The notes under the pieces are model-generated. The model was not told the origin of the DNA, searched no databases, and saw only the letters and a list, made by a program, of their open reading frames with translations. A stretch of DNA of 64,000 nucleotides from Setoptus koraiensis (taxonomy: Eukaryota; Animalia; Arthropoda), in NCBI GenBank assembly GCA_048013815.1, contig CM106585.1, positions 3,410,001 to 3,474,000 on the forward strand. The letters run 5' to 3'. Positions 46,176 to 56,820 of this stretch are shown in pieces. The translations under genes and the position numbers were made by a program. Position 1 is the stretch's first letter; each line of letters opens with the position of its first letter.

Positions 46176-46203
<28 letters not shown>
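46176..46203. repeat. (GT)14 microsatellite
   Basis: Read directly. Confidence 0.95.
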
Positions 46204-46207
<4 letters not shown>

Positions 46208-46926
46208 AAACAATTGAGTGATACGAGCAAGCAAGTAGCAGCGAGAGGCGAGTAGCGAATAAGGCCAAGGAATAAATTTGTCGTTAGGCCGGCATTCGCA
46301 CACACTAGCACAATGCGTCGCATTGAATGCGAGAGGCCAACAAATGAATAAGAATGAGCAGGAGAATAGAAAGCAGCAGCAACAGCGAATTCTTTCCTTA
46401 CGTCATCGTTCTTTACGGCAAAGTGCCGTTGGTAATAATAATAATCGAACGTGATTGAAACAATGAGCACACAAACAATGGACGCGCACAAACAAACGCT
46501 CGGCCACACCGGCCAAATCGGCCAGACCATCCAGCCAAGAGAAACAATAACGGCAGCAGCAGCAGCACGTGCGAAATGAACTTGAATCGTTGCGAGTTGT
46601 TGTTGGTGTCGCGACTTGCGATGTAATTCAATGAATGCACTCTGGCCAACATTCGACAGGCCGTTTGTTTCGAACGGATTGAACGTCGGACGCACAGAAA
46701 ACATGGCGGCCGCGAACAGCGCGACCGGACGAGCGGACCAACGGACGGCGCACAGGCGAACGAGAGACACTGACAGACACAAAGCGAGCGAGCAAGAGAC
46801 GGAACGAGAGAGACAGAAGCGGCCGGGCGAGCTGAATAGCTCGATGGTCGAATCAATTGTTCGATTCGCGGATGGGCGCTCAATCGGCCAATTTCAATTT
46901 GTCCGATTTGTCCGTCCGTCCAGTGC

Positions 46927-47011
46927 GACCGTCGAACGAGACCGTCGAACGAGACCGTCGAACGAGACCGTCGAACGAGACCGTCGAACGAGACCGTCGA
47001 ACGCGACCGTC
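46927..47011. repeat. 13-bp tandem repeat x6.5 (GACCGTCGAACGA)
   Basis: Read directly. Confidence 0.95.
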
Positions 47012-47602
47012 AGAGGGACCGAGCTGGCGAGCGATTGTTCTGTGTGCGATGTGCCCGACAGACCGGGCCAGTTTGTGCGCCGGTGCCTCAACATGCAATC
47101 GGCCGTTACATAAATCATGGCCACACTATTATTTGAATTTCACAATTCTAACGCATCTCAGGCTCAAATCATTGCGCTCGCTCACTTAATCTATCCCTCA
47201 TAACATCGACACACAGCCAGTGAGTGGTGGCGCAAAACCAAAATCACATTCGTCTATATCATTATATATCAGCTGCTCCTATCACCGAGTTGCCACCACA
47301 TGGCCCGCAAAAAGGGGCCGCCAATGAGGGGTGGCCGCTCGCGATGACCACACCACATCAACTGACCACTAATAGAATTAACGCTTGCGCGCCTCTCCTC
47401 TAAACGAACGTTGAAATAGAATTTTGGCCAGTGAGCGACAGGCATCGCTGGCACGCACACAGTGAGACAGACAGAGGGGAGGCATCATTGCATCATGGCA
47501 TCGTGGCATCGTGGCATCATGGCATCATGGCGGCCTCAACATTCACACTCACACGCACACACGCATTTGAGTCTCAAATGATTTGAGTGGTCGACCCGGC
47601 AA

Positions 47603-48055
47603 CAGGGTGTCCCAAAAGTGCACTCGGCTTCGTTCTGGCGCCGACCGCCAGGCGGGTGCATGTTGCACAGTGTTCACAACAATAGAATAAAACTTTTATT
47701 ATAAAAGGTGCCCTTCGTACTACCAAGTTCGTAGTAATAAGTTAGTACTAACAAGTTGGTTGTGGGTTCAGTTGCTTTTCACGTCGTCTTCGTCATGAAT
47801 AGACTCGGTTCAATAGAGTGACACTGCGAGCGACTCGCTACAACTGCTTACCCGGTGCAGATCAACAAACTTGCCACTCGTGAGTTACGAGATGCCGAAA
47901 ACAAATCACAATTGAAACCATCATTACTAATGATTCATTAGGCAAAACATGGCATCTGGATGATATTCCTCGATACAATGCAATATTCACTCCCCTGGTG
48001 GCAGCGCCAACAACGATAGAGACTCTCAAGGCGGGCACACTTTCGGGACACCCTG
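47603..48055. mobile_element. Degenerate non-autonomous Tc1/mariner-like element (MITE or deletion derivative), ~453 bp
   Basis: Terminal inverted repeats: left CAGGGTGTCCCAAAAGTG (47603-47620) and right CACTTTCGGGACACCCTG (48038-48055), 17/18 matching and extendable to ~28 bp with mismatches. Right flank TA (48056-57), left flank AA (possibly a mutated TA target duplication). CAGGGTG.. termini with a TA target are typical of IS630-Tc1-mariner elements. No transposase recognised inside. Confidence 0.65.
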
Positions 48056-48721
48056 TACTCGGGTTGTCCTCTTAAAATGATCCACTTTGTGTGTGATTGT
48101 GACACACACACACAATCATTGTGTGATTGTGAGAGAGTGTGTGTGTGTGTAGTTGCGCGCCCCCAGCCTCCTTGCCCCCAGTTGTTGGTTGGCGTTGCAT
48201 CATGGGATGATCGAACAAACAACCAGTCGAACACAACAGCAGTTCGATCGGAGCATGCGCGCTGATCGCATGCAAAAGTTGTAAGCGAGTAAACACACTG
48301 CTCACGGTGTGAGTGTGCAGGGGCAAAAGGGGGCAAACACTGTGTGTGAGTGTGGTGTGTGTGTGTGCGGGATGGCACGAAGAACAAAAGTGACGAAATA
48401 CAAGCGTCGTTTCATTTGCAACACAGAGCTCGTTGGGTGCACAACAACTGAGAGCCTGATACATCCTCCATCTTGCATCGTTATCATTTATTAAACTGAT
48501 CAACAATTGCATCAACTGCTCACCATTAGTTATCGTTGGATTCTCACAAGGCCACCATTTGATCCACGACCAAGGGACAAACAAACCCAATTTAAAATAC
48601 AACTAATTCACAGGAATATCAAGATGAAAAAGAGAAGAACTGCAACGAGCGAGCAAAAATCAAGGAAAATTTATGTTGATTCGAATTGATACATACACAA
48701 AACAAACACACTGCATCAACG

Positions 48722-49638
48722 ATGCATTTCAATGTGCTAAAAATATTAATCTCATCTATGGTGGTTGCCTTGTTGTTCGTCATTAGCATTGCAAAAACGA
48801 GCACAGCAACCCTGTTTGGCCAGTTTCACCAACAAAGTGATGCCAACAATGTGATACTTGTTAGCTATATCAATACAACCAGCAACAACAACAAGCCCAC
48901 GTCCAGCTACAACACTAGACCAGATGAAGATGACAACATACACAATTTTATCAATTACCAATACGATGCAACCAGATTGAACACAATAACATTGCGCGAA
49001 CAACTCAATCAAGACACCATAGAGAAATATTTCTCTCAATCAATAGAATTGCTTGATGTGAGCGGAAACAGATTCACCTCGTTGCCTAAAGACTTGTTTT
49101 GTCCGCTGTCGAACGAGGTGAAATTACTCAATTTGTCGCACAATTCTCTAAGTGCGTTCGACTTTTTGGGTCTGATATCGCAATCTGGTCAATTATGTTT
49201 GAGCGAATTACAAACACTAGATATGAGCTTTAATGAGTTAACAAAATTGCCAGCCACCGGTGTTGCCACATTGCACAATCTACAATCACTGCGCCTGGAT
49301 CACAACAGAATAGACGCCATCGACGAGCTAGCGTTGTCGTCGCTGACTAAATTGACTCATTTGGACCTGAGCCACAATAGATTGCATCAATTGCCGCTGC
49401 GTGTCTTCCAAAAATTAGAATTAATGATCTATTTAAAATTGGATCATAATCAATTAGTGCAATCAGTGACATCCACCCTACTGACGGGAATGCCGGCGTT
49501 GCAAGTGATCAATTTAAGTCATAACAATATAAGCGACATCAGCGAGCACCCATTTGTCGATAAGATCAATCTCACACTGGTTGATCTCTCACACAATCAA
49601 TTGGCAACGTTGAAGAGGGATTCGTTGCGGATAACAAG
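48722..49638 (+). CDS. Toll copy 2 coding exon 1
   Basis: LRR ORF ending at donor AG|GTAAGA (GT at 49639). Confidence 0.9.
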
Positions 49639-52600
49639 GTAAGACCACTCTCACATCACTTATATGCTCTCGCGCTGCAAATTCTCAGGCAACATGTATC
49701 AATCGTGATGATAATATTAATTGTATCGACAATAATTCTTATTTTGCAGATTGAAACACTCCACCGGCTTCAGACATCGTCACCATCACAATGGAGAATA
49801 TGCTGGCCTTGCACCCTCATTCAGACCTTCACCAATCAGTGAGTTCCTATTGTCATCAAATCCATTCACATGTGATTGCCATCTAGAGTGGCTGAAGAAA
49901 ATCAATTCCGACACCAACAACCAACATCATCACAATCACATCCATGTCCGCCAGCCACCTCAAGACGACGATTTCATGCTTCGTGATCAAGCTCGAGCCG
50001 CCGTTCTCACAGACTCCTTTATGTCTGCCTATGATCCGTCGATGAATGAAAACCGTCGATCCACACCTGTTTTAGTGAATCCAATATCAGTCATAACAGA
50101 TCAGAGTAGTCAACAAACGTCAGTTCCTGAAGCTCTCATATCTTCCCCTTTAGACTTGTCTGACTCGAAAAACCCATCAAAAATTCTTCAGCAAGCGTCG
50201 TTAGCTTCAATTACAGTGTTTGCTCCAACTCAACCGGTTGTCACAAATCAATACGGCCGAGTAGCTGATCTGGATCTCATCAAATGTACACCGTCATTTC
50301 AGCGTCACAGCTCGATTATGTTGCAACAGCAACAGTCGCCATCTAGCGGACATCATCGGAAAATAGATTTAGTTAGTGCCAATTCTTCAAATTTTCTATG
50401 CAAATACAAAACTCATTGCTTCACATTGTGCCAATGTTGTGAATTTGATGCCTGTGATTGTGAAATGATGTGTCCCGACAATTGTATGTGTCATAATGAT
50501 GAAACATGGCAAACAAATATTGTCGATTGCTCGGCCCACAACTACACCACCATACCCTCAAAAATACCCATGGATGTAACTGCCCTCTTTTTAGATGGCA
50601 ACAACATAACATCATTGACACCTCACACTTTCATCGGCAGAAAGAATATGAAGTCGTTGTATTTGAATTCGTCCCATATTCATGTGATATCTAACAGAAC
50701 GTTCAACGGTTTGACCGAGTTACAAACTCTGTACTTGCATCACAATCAATTGCAACAGTTGCAAGGTTATGAGTTTGAATCGTTGCCTCAATTACAGCGT
50801 CTGTACCTTCAACACAACAAGCTGACATTCATATCGAATCAAACTTTCATCAATCTACGCTCATTGGAGATACTTGACATTAGTCACAATCGCTTGACAT
50901 CAGCCAGATTGGATTTGTTTTGGTCTTTGGGTCACCACAATGTTAGACTGCGTCAGTTGTCGCTGAGCCACAATTGGTGGTCGTGTCAATGCGAGCTGTA
51001 CAAGGAATTCAGGAGTCTAATCAAGCAAAAACTGATTGGTCATGTTAACATAGTAGACAGACAATACTTGCGCTGCTACTACAACTCAACAACTATGGGC
51101 CCGTTGCTGTTGGCCGATTCTTCTTCTCAACAGCAGCAGTTGCAGCATCAAGGTCTCACCGCAATTAATACTATCAATCAGTGCAGTCAAGAACCGACTG
51201 ATTTCGACAGCTCAGAAATGAATCCTGCCCCTCCAACCATATCGCCATTCAATCTTGTTCCCTCAAGTCAACAGCAGCCACCCTCGATAGAGCCATTGAA
51301 TGATGAAGATATTATATCTTCCTTTAATATTGATAGTCAATTACCTGATGTTCGATCGCCCATGCAGCAAGCGGCTAAAAGCACTAATTATGCAACCACT
51401 GACTCAAGCGGCATCTATAGCAACAGTCAGTCGATGCCAGGTCATTCCAAGATGATCAATCAACCATCTCTATCTGATCACACACTCTATGATCCTGCCC
51501 TCAAAGAAGTTAATGGTCACATCCAGCTCACATCTCCTACTTCGATTCTTTCCAAGACTTCCGATGTGAGACCATCAACGACAACAACAAATAATCAAAC
51601 GGCCCCACTGTCAACGACTTCATTAATACTTGTGCCGTCATGTTTGATCGTATTAATGACCCTTGTGGTCCTCATTTATGTTCATCAGCAACAAAAATAC
51701 CATCAGCATCATCACACTAAATCCATCACATCAAATAATGTTTATGGTTTGGGTGTTGGGCCCGGTGGCAGTGCTTCGATAAATTCTGCATCATTAGACA
51801 GCGCGTCTGATCATCATCATCGCAAGCATTCGCATTACAGCAACCCAACGCCATTGTGGCAATCTGTCGGTATCAAGAATAGAGTGAGAAATCTGTGCAA
51901 ACTTTTAACCCGTCCAATGAGCAAAACAGTGAACGATACATCAAGTTGCGAAAAGATCTACGATGCTTTCATTTCTTACGACAAACGAGACGAAGCGTTT
52001 GTGTTGCAACAATTCTCACCTGAACTGGAGCACGGACAACCATCATATAGGTAAGTTATCGCTTTTATTACACAGAACTTCAGCAACATAAACGATCATA
52101 TATCTTGCTGTTATGGCTTCATTTGGGACGCTACTAGAGCAATTCTAGTGTGTCACCTGCGAGAGAATGTCATCTCAATGTTGGCATCAGAACACGAACT
52201 TGTGCTAGTTTGATATTGGTGGCGATGACAAAAAAAGATATAAAGTGGGCAATTGCGCCTATTGTCGCTTTAATGAAAGATATACTATGGAGCAAATATA
52301 ATTATTATCGCATACAATGGCTGCACCAAACTCCAGCACAATCATCGTTAGTCAGATGTACGAAAACAAAAGTCTAAATCCCCCAACTGAACATAACTGC
52401 GGACCGTTTTATTTCACGCGTAAAGAACAAGTTTCTCCTTGGTCGCTCTATATTCTTTGTTGGTCTCTAGCTGATAATTTAGTTAGCTTGTGGCCACTAC
52501 CTACAGAGATGATTTGGCGAGCATCGAAGCGATCATAATGACCAGCCCAATCACGCCAGGCCAAATTGAACTAAACCTAGCTTATAATGGAGTAGAAAGA

Positions 52601-53911
52601 GAAATCACTACGCACAAAGAGCCACCCTAATCAGGCTGTACAAACTAATCTCTTGTTCCCCTTTTATCTTTACCAATTCCCTTTTCCCTTCACAACATCG
52701 TATTATATAGAATCGCTGATAGGTACCGTGATCTGCCATTACCCACATCGGCCTACATAGCGGAAGCAATAACAAGCGTCATTGGTTGCAGTCATCGCAC
52801 AATCATCATTTTAACAGAGAATTACGTCACCAGTGATTGGTGTCGCTACGAACTACAGACTGCCTTACATGAGGCTAGTATTGAGCGCTCGCATAAGATT
52901 TTGGCCGTTATCTTAGATCCAAAGTGTTTGTTGGATCTGGATGGTGAGATGCGTCATTTGCTGACAAGCAATTCGATGGCAAACATACAATCGACGACGG
53001 GGCCCCTGTTAAGTCCCGAATTCGCTCATCACTACCAGCTTGTTACAAGCGGCGGGGGTGTATCGAGCAATAGTGGTGCTAGCGCACCATCCAGTGTGTC
53101 TACTTGCGCAATGAACACACCCACTGGTAATCAATTGGCTATATCGTTGAATAACTCTGGCCAAGCGCAAGCTCAATTAGTGTCGAATAAGATTAATTTT
53201 CTCAACTTTAATGACAGAAAGTTTTGGCCCAAATTGAAACAATTAATGCCCGCGCCACGTCTATCTACTGGCACCATCACGGGTAGTTCAATGGGGCCCA
53301 ACAGAGCCTTGGAAACTATGAATGGTGCTGTAATACCACCAATATCAAATGCTTTAATCTCGACCACAATGCAAGGCCACTATACAAACATGCCCAACAA
53401 TGGCGATGCTATCTTATCTCTGCTGAAGAATGCAAATAATAATATTGTCAACAACAGCAATAAGTTAATTTCCAACACGGCCAATTCAATGATGAGCAAC
53501 TCAAATTTAAGCTCACAGAGTCAACACCATCTACAGCATCTCCAACACCATCGAGAGCAACAACTCAAGCATCAATACCAGTCCCATTTGAATGCTATTC
53601 ATCAGTACCAACAACAACAACAGCAGCAGCACAATAGCAATTTGATGAATCAGAGCTCGGACAACGCCTTCCACCATCACAATCACTCTTCGTCTATATC
53701 TTCGTCAACATCGTCGCCATATCAGCAGATCCATTCAACATCCGGCCTATCGCCCACAAGTCATATGACACTGAATCAAGCGGGCCAGCATTATCAAGCT
53801 CTGAGTGGCGCACAACAGCATCAATACCATCGTCAGCAACAACAACAACAGTTTCAATCATGTGGGTCCAAGCATGGCGCCGGTGGTTCCAATCCGATGA
53901 GTGTAGTCTGA
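48722..53911 (+). CDS. Toll-like receptor, long-Toll (Toll-6/Tollo/18w-like), copy 2; join(48722..49638,49750..52050,52711..53911), 4419 nt, 1472 aa
   Basis: Same architecture and intron positions as copy 1. ATG at 48722 starts a signal-peptide-like sequence (MHFNVLKILISSMVVALLFVISIA); the ORF-track start at 48686 is a TTG. Joined length is divisible by 3 with no internal stop. Confidence 0.93.
49639..49749 (+). other. Intron 1 of Toll copy 2 (111 bp)
   Basis: GTAAGA...TTTTGCAG; 7 substitutions and no indels versus copy 1 intron 1 by manual comparison. Confidence 0.88.
49750..52050 (+). CDS. Toll copy 2 coding exon 2
   Basis: Acceptor ttttgcAG ending 49749; ORF 49751..52054; donor AG|GTAAGT at 52051. 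Confidence 0.92.
52051..52710 (+). other. Intron 2 of Toll copy 2 (660 bp)
   Basis: GTAAGT...ACTAATC branch-like (52644-52650), pyrimidine tract, TATAG; flanking exon sequence matches copy 1. Confidence 0.87.
52711..53911 (+). CDS. Toll copy 2 coding exon 3
   Basis: Acceptor tatAG ending 52710 after a pyrimidine tract; sequence aatcgctgat... matches copy 1 exon 3; in frame with ORF 52901..53911; stop TGA 53909-53911. Confidence 0.92.
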
Positions 53912-53940
53912 AAGAGAGTGTCAACACGAAAATGATCAAA

Positions 53941-53948
53941 CTGTGATA
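53941..53948 (+). promoter_or_regulatory. K-box (miR-2/11/13 family 8mer target) in 3'UTR of copy 2
   Basis: CTGTGATA ~30 nt after the stop. Confidence 0.6.
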
Positions 53949-54344
53949 ATACATCTACTATACACAATGTCATTTATTCAATTATAATACAACAATAATA
54001 ATTGAATATTCTCCCCACCCCCACAAGTTTACACCCAACTACGAGTGGCTCTAGAGTCTAGTCAGCAAATAGAAAAAAACGACGACTATCAACAACATTT
54101 TTCGTTTTTACTACTACTCGGATCTGTCTAGGCATCGATCACAGACTACTACTGACTTATAAATCATTCAAAGACACTGCTTTCCATTATTATCCATCAT
54201 CTATTCAACTTCGAATAGAGGGGCCAATGTTATTTTTACTATTATCAGGGAAATGAATATTGATTTATATGGCCCGCTATCCACATTATTGATATAGTTC
54301 TTCTCACATTGTTGAAAATTGTTTTTTTCCTAGCAGTATTTTAT

Positions 54345-54350
54345 AATAAA
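54345..54350 (+). terminator. Candidate polyadenylation signal, copy 2
   Basis: AATAAA in the AT-rich 3' region ~430 nt after the stop. Confidence 0.3.
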
Positions 54351-56773
54351 TAATTTATTCGCATAAATAGAATTTTGTCAAAGATATCTCAATATACCAT
54401 ATATGGTGTATGGAACGTGTGTTTATCGGACATTGGAATTGATCGGGATGCACACACATATCTCTATATGCATGCCATATATAGTATATGGGCACAATTT
54501 GTTGATTCGTTTCTATCTGATGAATAGAGCGAGAGAGGGAGAGAGAGAGAGAGAGAGGATGATGAAGTAGAGAAAAGTCTTTTTGTCGCGTATATTTTAT
54601 TTACTACAAGGAGGTTGTGGCGTTTTTTTTTTATCATTACTATCTAACCGCACATACACGCATCATCTATACACTCCATCAATTATATTTATATTGATCC
54701 TGTCAAAATAATGATGCTGCCATGAGATAGCTAAAGTGCATAGAAATAGCTAATCCTTCAATGATCTCGATAAGCGATCACTTGTCAATATGTTGCCGTT
54801 GTAAATGGAACAGATGGACCAGAGCGAGAGCGGGCGCGCGCGCGATAGAGAGAGAGAGAGAGGGAGCTGGATAAAAAGAGAGTCGATCCCTTAGTCAATC
54901 TGAAACGAGTGAAACTGTCATTGAATAAAGTTCAACCCTATGTCGTGCTCGATATATTACAGCTTATCTTTGCTCAGCGGTGCTGTGTTTCTGTTGTTGT
55001 TGTCTATCAAAAACAGCTCCCAACAAACCCCAAAATTATTTGGCTGCACAGTTGAGCTTTGGCTATTAAAAAGTGTCGAATAGAGCAGATGATTGCTTTC
55101 AGCATGGACCTGGCTTGTGTCACTACAAACTCTTTCTCCCCGCGCCTTATGGTTAGATCGGAGCAATCTAAAGCAGATCAGATCATACCGGATCGGATCG
55201 AATCGGATTGGATCGGATAAGGCGGCTAAGAATGGCGGTGTGCGAACAGACAAGACCAGACTATATATGGGCTATATATGCGGTATATATGGGGTACATA
55301 TGGGGTATATATGGTGTACATATGGGGTGTGGGGCGCGGAGTGAGAAGAGAAAAAGTGAAACTACAAACTACAGAATGGCGAGCCAAGCGATTGTTTGTG
55401 TGTTTAGTTGGATCTATAGAGCAGTAGCAGTTAGTCAAAGTGAAGCTCTATGAGATTTGGCGCTGTCATCTTATCTTGCGATTGGTAGTGGCTGGCTGGC
55501 CAGCTAGTGTCAGCGCTGGCAAGCCGCTAGTGTGAGCAAACAACAATCAGACAGACAGACAAACAACGGTCTCCTCGGGGGTTAGCTTATTCTTGTGTGA
55601 TTCTCTCTCGTCTCTATAATACCTTTGCTTTTCCACTTGTCCATATACTTGTCCAAATGGCTCTTCTATTTGGTCGCCTCGCTCAGCCAATAACAGTTAA
55701 AATGTGAATGTGTGCCACCTAGACTGTGCCAGAGCCAGAGGAACAGCTTGCTATTTTTGTGTTGGGGCCATCTCAACACTGTTTGTGCGCTCGTGATGAG
55801 GACTTCTCGATTCTTTTTACCATGGCGCCAAGCAGAGCTTAATAATTTCTCGCTGGCTTGCATTGTCGTTTGGCGCATGGCTTGCATTCGGTTTGCATTG
55901 GTTGGCATTGTATCAAGCTGCTGGTGTCTGGCGCTACATTGCAAGTTGGAAATTTTTCGCTCTATTGGTCTAGTAGTTTATGTTGTCAAATGACGTAAGT
56001 ATGGCGATTGACGAGAAGCACGTACACTGTGCGAGTGTGTGTGTGTGTGTGCCAGCTTCATAGACTGTTGGTGATTTCGAGCAAGCAAGTTTTAATGTTA
56101 TGTGTTGTTTGTTTCCATTCCGTTAGTTGGCCACTAACAGTTTCGACTTGCAACGCGCACACACACACACACAGTACGCAAACTCTCTATTTGAATGCTT
56201 GTTTTTGCTACCGTTGTTGTTGTTGCCGGCACGGGTGCCAGCGAACATCTTGAACCATTTGCAATATTTGTATATACGCGCTTAGATAGCGAGCTAGGTG
56301 CGCCAGTGACAAAGACGTTATTGCTTGTTGGCCCTCTGCTGGCGGTTGCAACGTCGTCCGACGCCCATTTCCGTTTCGTCCTCAAAAGATTGTTGTTCAT
56401 TTTAAGCTCGTGCCCGTACTCGACAGCGACAACAACAACCAGCAGCAGCTAGCGAGCTAGCGACCGTCTCACTCAGATGGTCTGAGGTGCCGCCCTCGAG
56501 CCCTTTGGCTTTGTGCGTGTGCGTGTGTCAGACGCGGTGCTGGCGGTGCCACTCTAGTTCGCCCCAAGCTACACGAAGAGCGATGACGACGACGTTGTTA
56601 AATATAAGTTTGTTGTTGCTGTTGTTTGCAGTGCGCCAACTCGGCCAACACTGGGGCCTATAGGGCCCCCCAAAAGCAAAAAATACGACGGACATGCTCA
56701 TCATTGAGAGATTCTTTTATCTTTCAATTGTGGGCGTCTCCCGCGTTCGACTGCTGAGGGGCAATCTTTTGCA

Positions 56774-56820
56774 AACTATTCAGGCAACTTTGTAACAGTT
56801 ACAAAGTTGCCTGAATAGTT
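56774..56820. repeat. Perfect inverted repeat, 23-bp arms with 1-nt spacer
   Basis: AACTATTCAGGCAACTTTGTAAC-A-GTTACAAAGTTGCCTGAATAGTT; extends by TCTTTTG/CAAAAGA to 56765-56828. Confidence 0.95.

Noticed and set aside
47783-47940. Near-open frame inside the MITE (MNRLGSIE*HCERL...)
   Set aside because: Interrupted by a stop and no recognisable HTH or DDD/E transposase motif.
48722-53911. Copy 2 as an uncollapsed haplotype or assembly duplicate of copy 1
   Set aside because: N-termini, intron 2, UTRs and flanks are unalignable and one island is synonymously near-saturated, far beyond allelic divergence. Local polishing artefacts within the identical blocks cannot be excluded.
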